Positions 49,052-53,911 of a DNA stretch of 53,911 nt are shown here, piece after piece. Every line of letters starts with the position of its first letter. The stretch's first letter is position 1. A program made the translations under genes and the position numbers. The DNA is from Chara braunii (taxonomy: Eukaryota > Plantae > Charophyceae): NCBI GenBank assembly GCA_003427395.1, contig BFEA01000002.1:2122100-2176010 (forward strand), in the 5' to 3' direction. The notes under the pieces are model-generated. The model did not search any database. It saw only the letters and a list, made by a program, of their open reading frames with translations, and had not been told where the DNA came from.

Positions 49052-50712
49052 TGTTGTCGCCCTTTCATCGTCACGACTGAAGCAAGTCAATATGGAATTG
49101 GGGTTGTACTACAACAAGATGACGGTAAGGGATATAGACCTATTGAGTTTATGTCCAGGAGACTACCATCAGAGAAAGTGGTTAACTTCCCCTATGAAAG
49201 ATAATTGTATGCCTTAGTTGCTGCACTGGACACCTGGAAACACTACTTGTTAGGGAGACACTTTACTGTCTATTTTGATCACTCTACTTTGAAGTGGATC
49301 AAGACTCATCCTAGACTCTTTGACAAACTGGTAAGATGGTCCGCTTTCATTGATACCTTTGAATTTGAGTTGAAAACAATCAAAGGTAAGTCTAACGTGG
49401 TTACGGATGCTTTGTCCAGACGCGCAAATTTTTTTCAAACTATTGCCTCCTACCTCGATATTGGGAACGAACTTAAAGAACAGATTCGGAAGGGTTATGA
49501 GAGTGATCATATTTGGAGTCCTATCATTGAGACTCTACGAACGAACTCTGAACTATTCCCATAATATCGAATGAGTGATGACTTACTTTTCTTTCGAGAT
49601 AAAACCGAAAAAAGATTATGTGTTCCTCATAAAAAAACAATCAAAAGCTTAATCATTGGGGAATGTCATGATGCGGAAAGTCACTTTGGTTTTAAAAAGA
49701 CGTATGCTGATTTGCCCGAACGTTTTGAATGGAAATGAATGAAGGAAGATGTATTAACCTATGTGCGGACTTGTTTTGTCTATCAAAGGAACAAACCCTC
49801 ACATGAGAATCCAATGAGACTACTGGGACCGTTGCCTATTCTAAGTGAGTCAGGTGAGTCTATCTCCATTGACTTTATGAGTCTCACTGAGATTCGAAAT
49901 GACAGCAGTCAGGTTATGATCATCGTAGATAGATTCTCAAAGTATGTTATGTTCATTCCTTTGTCTGCCGAAGCTAGATTTGAGATTGGATTCCTGAAAA
50001 CTATCGTCTCTGACCGGGATGTTCGGTTCACTAGTCCACAATGACAAAAGTTGATGGAAGTCTATGACACCAGGTTGATCATGCCGTCAGGTAGACATCC
50101 TGAAACAAATGGTCAAACTAAGCAAATGAATCGTCTATGCCAAAAAAATTTGCGCATGTATGTTTGAACCGATCAGATAGATTAGGATGAGAACTTACCT
50201 AAGATTGCTAGTGCTTATAACAATAGTATACATACTGTTACAGGACGAACACCAAATACACTGCATAAAGGTTGGAAGCCTCGACATCCCATTGATGTCG
50301 TAACTAGGAACCAGATGCAGAGGTTATCCTAAGAAACCCGTGAATTTGTAGTTTTGTATCAAGAAGATATCAAAAAGGTAAAAGATAATATCCAGAACGC
50401 CCAACTTTAGGTAATTGAGCAGGCCAACAAACATCGTCGACCATCACAGTTCCAAAAAGGAGATTTGGTATGGGTGAAGTCAAAAACAATTGCCTTGGGA
50501 GAAAACATGTCTCAAAAACTATTGCCTGTCTACTATGGTCCCTGGGAAGTTCTCAAGGTGATTAGGGATGCAGATGGACCCTCCTATCAAATAGATGTAC
50601 CCCCACACCTAAGGACCAACCTTGTCTTCCATGTGTCTAAACTGCTACCGTATGTAGAAGGGGATAAGTTTCCTAACAGACCATCTATGTTCCCACCCTC
50701 CATAAATGGAGG

Positions 50713-50885
50713 ATACGTAGTTGAGAAAATTTTGGAACATGGCTATTTTGCTACAGGTGGCAGAGGAAGACCCCAGAAGCAGTATAAGGTAAAGTTCAAC
50801 TCTCAACCTCCATCTGAAGCCAGATGGTTTAGTAAGAAAGAACTCCTACCTACTGCTCCTGATATTGTTGCTGCATATGAACGTG
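50713..50885 (+). other. Chromodomain at the integrase C-terminus
   Basis: YVVEKILEH...QYKVKF..PPSEARWFSKKEL..APDIVAAYE. Confidence 0.85.
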
Positions 50886-50943
50886 GGTTAAAGGGAAACT
50901 GGTGCCTTTTCTTCGATGGACTCGAAAATTGGGCCGACAGGAA

Positions 50944-52092
50944 TGCAATAACCCATGTTACATGCCTCGTGGAAAAACTGAGGGCATCGCCAGACCACAC
51001 CCAGACCCATGCTGAAAAAGGGGAAAAAAAAACAGCTAAAGATTCAGGGGCGCGGTCTGAGTGAGGTACAATTGACAAAAGTCAATTGTCGGGACCCAAC
51101 AGTCAAAGTCCAAAGTGCACCCAGCCCAGGCCACCGGTGAGACGCATACACTTGTTTGTATGCAGGTACCCAGACAACATTAGGACCAAGGGAAAATCTG
51201 CAACTGTACACCATCTATGCCCTCGACTGTGATTCAATTTGTACGACTGTGGGGAGGGGACCCGAGGCCAGACAACCTCGTCAAACACTACAAAGGGACT
51301 GGTCTCGAGGTGGTTAACATTCAGTCTTGCTATGTTGCCTGGACGCTGGCTTGACTCTGACTGGACACTTGCATTAACGTTGGCACGACGCTGGCGAGAT
51401 GCTGGCTTGATGCTGGACTGTGGCGGCATGCTGGCGCTATCTACTCTGAGCGCCAGGGATTGCTGATGTGGAGCTGCCACCTGTCTACCTTATTGATGTG
51501 GCGCATACCACTGTTCTGCAATGGTGATGTGACGCATGCCACTGGTCTACATTGTTGATGTGACGCATGTCACTGGTCTACATTGTTGATGTGGCGCTAC
51601 CACAGGTCTTCATTGGTGGTGTGGTGTATGCCACCTGTCTCTGCATCTGACGTGGGGTTGGCCACGTTGTATACATCAGGTGACTGCTTGCGACAAGGAG
51701 GGAGATCGGGATCTGTGGATGATTGGGTTCGGGTACTCACCTGAGGTTGATGCCGTTACTGTAATCCGTTGTTGTCTTCATGGTCTTCACGAGATAAGAG
51801 TGTCACGTGACACTTTTGTGTGATCAGAACTTATCAGACTTGTTACTATTATTGATTGATGACGTGGAGGGAGAAGAAGCCCGAAGGAGTCGAAATGGTT
51901 GGGCTTTTATCGTGTGGTCTTTGATTATCTCTGTCACCTTCTTCCTTGTCTATCCTCCCACCACTCTCTTCGTCTATTGGTAACGAGATACTATTTAAGA
52001 CATCACTCCACGTTAACTGGAGACTTCGGTGCAGATCTGAGACTACTTGTGCTTGACGTCTGATGAGTATCTGCCAGACTGGGGTCATTACA
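50944..52092 (+). repeat. 3' LTR
   Basis: tgcaataacccatg...cattaca, a direct repeat of 40413-41531. Confidence 0.93.
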
Positions 52093-53136
52093 TATATCTC
52101 AACTTATAGGGGTATTTTGCAAATTATCCCCAAAACAAAAGACAAAAAAAAAAAAAAGCAGGGAAATATAGGCCCTTAGGGCTGCGTTCTCCTCCCCCCA
52201 AGCACGGTTCCACTAGCAAAGGAGTTAGGTAAACTGTGTCCCACAAACCCCTTTGGGCATAGGTCGCAAAACCATTTTTTTTCCTGGGAATACTCACAGT
52301 GATACTTTCTTGTCTACAGTTGGCCGCAACTACAGCCAAATTTCGATGGATCTGACCACAATTATGGCCAAAACTTATAAGTGAATGTCGTATTCCCTAA
52401 GACGAAACAACTGGGGCCAGGCCGAATTAATAGTACGACCTGACCCTTGCACTACCTCGTTCGTAAGATGAACAACAAATGGCCAGAGACAAATTTAAAC
52501 TAGGGGCACGCCCACTAATACCACTATTTCCCAGTGAAGAAAAAGGGTCAGGCCTGACCCTAATACTACCTAGGCTTGCCTAATATGCCTAGTATGCCTA
52601 GTATGCCTACAGTTTCCTGCCCCGGCCATATCCCCCCCTCAGATTTCCAGACCCAGTTGTCCCGGTGTCGCACTTTTTCCGGTCAAGTCGCTTTGGGCGA
52701 CCGGAAAGCCAACAGGCTGTCACGCAGGATTTTGTATGTGAATGCAATAAATAAAATAAATTAAATAATGCAAATCCCTTCCTGTTTTTTTGCGTCCGGC
52801 TTCGAGCGAGACCCTTCAATTGCGGTCTTCGCCGGTCCCCGGTCTTAGGAATCTTTTATTTTGATTCGGAACAGAAGAGAATTATGCAAATAATAATCAT
52901 AAAATTATGGGGTGCTGTGCATGCATCAATTATGTCAATCTAATTTTGAGAACTGTGACAAAACATCCACGAGGGCATTCATCAAGCAAGAATGATACAG
53001 AAAAATAAGACTGACTGACTCAAGCAGAGACAGAGGCAATTAAATGAGGGAAGAATGAGAATTCGTAGTAATCTCAAAAAGTACATGTAAACGGGTATGG
53101 TCAGCACTTCTCAAGAGTCCTCACTCATCCCTCTGG

Positions 53137-53813
53137 TCAGTCTCTCTCAATTTCTCTTTTCATGGATCTCCTCTGGTACCGAGACCCACGCCCTCGTACA
53201 ATTTGGGACTGAGGCTTCGTGACAAAAAGCCACCTGTAGCCAGTAAGCTCTGAGCAAGACCATCCGAGGCACATGACACGGTAGTTGACCATGGAGCAAA
53301 ACTCCTCCCACAAAGTAGGTAGCCCGTCCACTGAAAAGACTCCTCGTCTGAGGTAGGGAGACTCGGTGGGCTCAGTTAATGCCTCAATGTCGATCACCGC
53401 CGGGGAGATGTACCTTTCTGCCAATCCAATCACATCCAGCCAACTCGTGCCATCCGTGAGAAGAGGACGGACTGGAGGCCTAGGATAGTCAGTATAAAGC
53501 ATAGGCCCGAAGCTGCGGATCAGCGTAGTGTCACTCTCATCGAACTCTCTCTCTCTCTCTGCTCAAGGTATTCAGTGTCTGAGATCCAGACTGCATCAAA
53601 AAGCTCATGAGTCTCCTTTCCATTCTTCAGGTAAGGCCTCAGATCATGGATAGTGCCATCAGCAAAACTGGTCTGGACGATGAAGATTGACAGATCTTCC
53701 TGTCTGAAACCAATGACACTAACATACTGATAATGGAATGCTTCCTTGCATGAAATTCGGTTGAGGCTGGCCAGCTCTGATTCACTGACCGTAGTAGACT
53801 GAACTGTGCTCAT
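53137..53813 (-). pseudogene. ~225-aa orphan ORF frameshifted within a (GA)n tract
   Basis: Removing one GA unit at about 53545-53561 joins 53520..53813 to 53137..53502 through the open sequence EFDESDTTLIRSFGP-MLY. Confidence 0.55.
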
Positions 53814-53911
53814 GAGTACTCTTGCCAGTACAAGCTGGTCAGACTATCCCTGAAAACTGACTGTCAAATTGACCGCAGGAAACTGATTGCTGAAAAACTG
53901 ATTGCTGAAAT

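Larger units (their letters stand above)
47260..50895 (+). pseudogene. pol: Pol: PR, RT, RNase H, integrase, chromodomain (decayed)
   Basis: LLDPGST; [30 protein letters not shown]; TEASQYGIG, DHSTL, DALSR; CHD..HFG, CFVYQRNK, SISIDF, IVSDRD, HPETNGQT; YYGPW..VFHVSKL. Confidence 0.93.
40413..52092 (+). mobile_element. Full-length decayed Ty3/gypsy chromovirus
   Basis: Paired TG..CA LTRs, PBS, gag-PR-RT-RH-IN-chromodomain, and a 4-bp TSD taca/tata. Confidence 0.95.
39605..52130. mobile_element. Mutator-like MITE (body 39605-40412 plus 52093-52130), right TIR split by the LTR element
   Basis: Left TIR gggataatttgcgaaatacccctgtaagttgagatatatgccaaaatgcccctaaaagat.. is the near reverse complement of about 40370-40412 joined to 52093-52130. 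Possible 9-bp TSD aaaatcaaa/caaaacaaa. Confidence 0.82.

Overview
Eukaryotic, repeat-saturated 54-kb window from a gapped draft assembly. No intact host gene is evident. The (GA)n/(CA)n-flanked N gaps, Ty3/gypsy plus L1 content and heavy C>T/G>A decay resemble a streptophyte-alga or plant genome such as Chara, but that is inference only. Contents: (1) A decayed Ty3/gypsy gag-pol (10876-14789, +) preceded by about 11 kb of unexplained sequence. That sequence holds an array of 10 hairpins with a near-invariant 20-nt core and co-varying stems (7550-8390), a cluster of consensus antisense U1/5'-splice sites, and a multi-ORF cassette. A divergent paralogue of the cassette lies at 14790-17520; both copies encode an unrecognised FPP-xx-LLLP...PW...W-xx-T-x-CxxC protein. 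(2) Several nested L1-clade LINE remnants that share a conserved 3'-terminal stem-loop. One carries a Nextera mate-pair adapter, which is an assembly artefact. (3) A tRNA-like SINE head. (4) A structured 270-bp tandem insert with a 15-bp TSD inside a dead L1. (5) A complete but decayed chromovirus (40413-52092, two ~1.1-kb LTRs, chromodomain) inserted into the TIR of a Mutator-like MITE. (6) An orphan ORF frameshifted at a (GA)n tract. The best candidate for an undescribed system is the hairpin array plus the conserved accessory-ORF cassette upstream of the first gypsy element.
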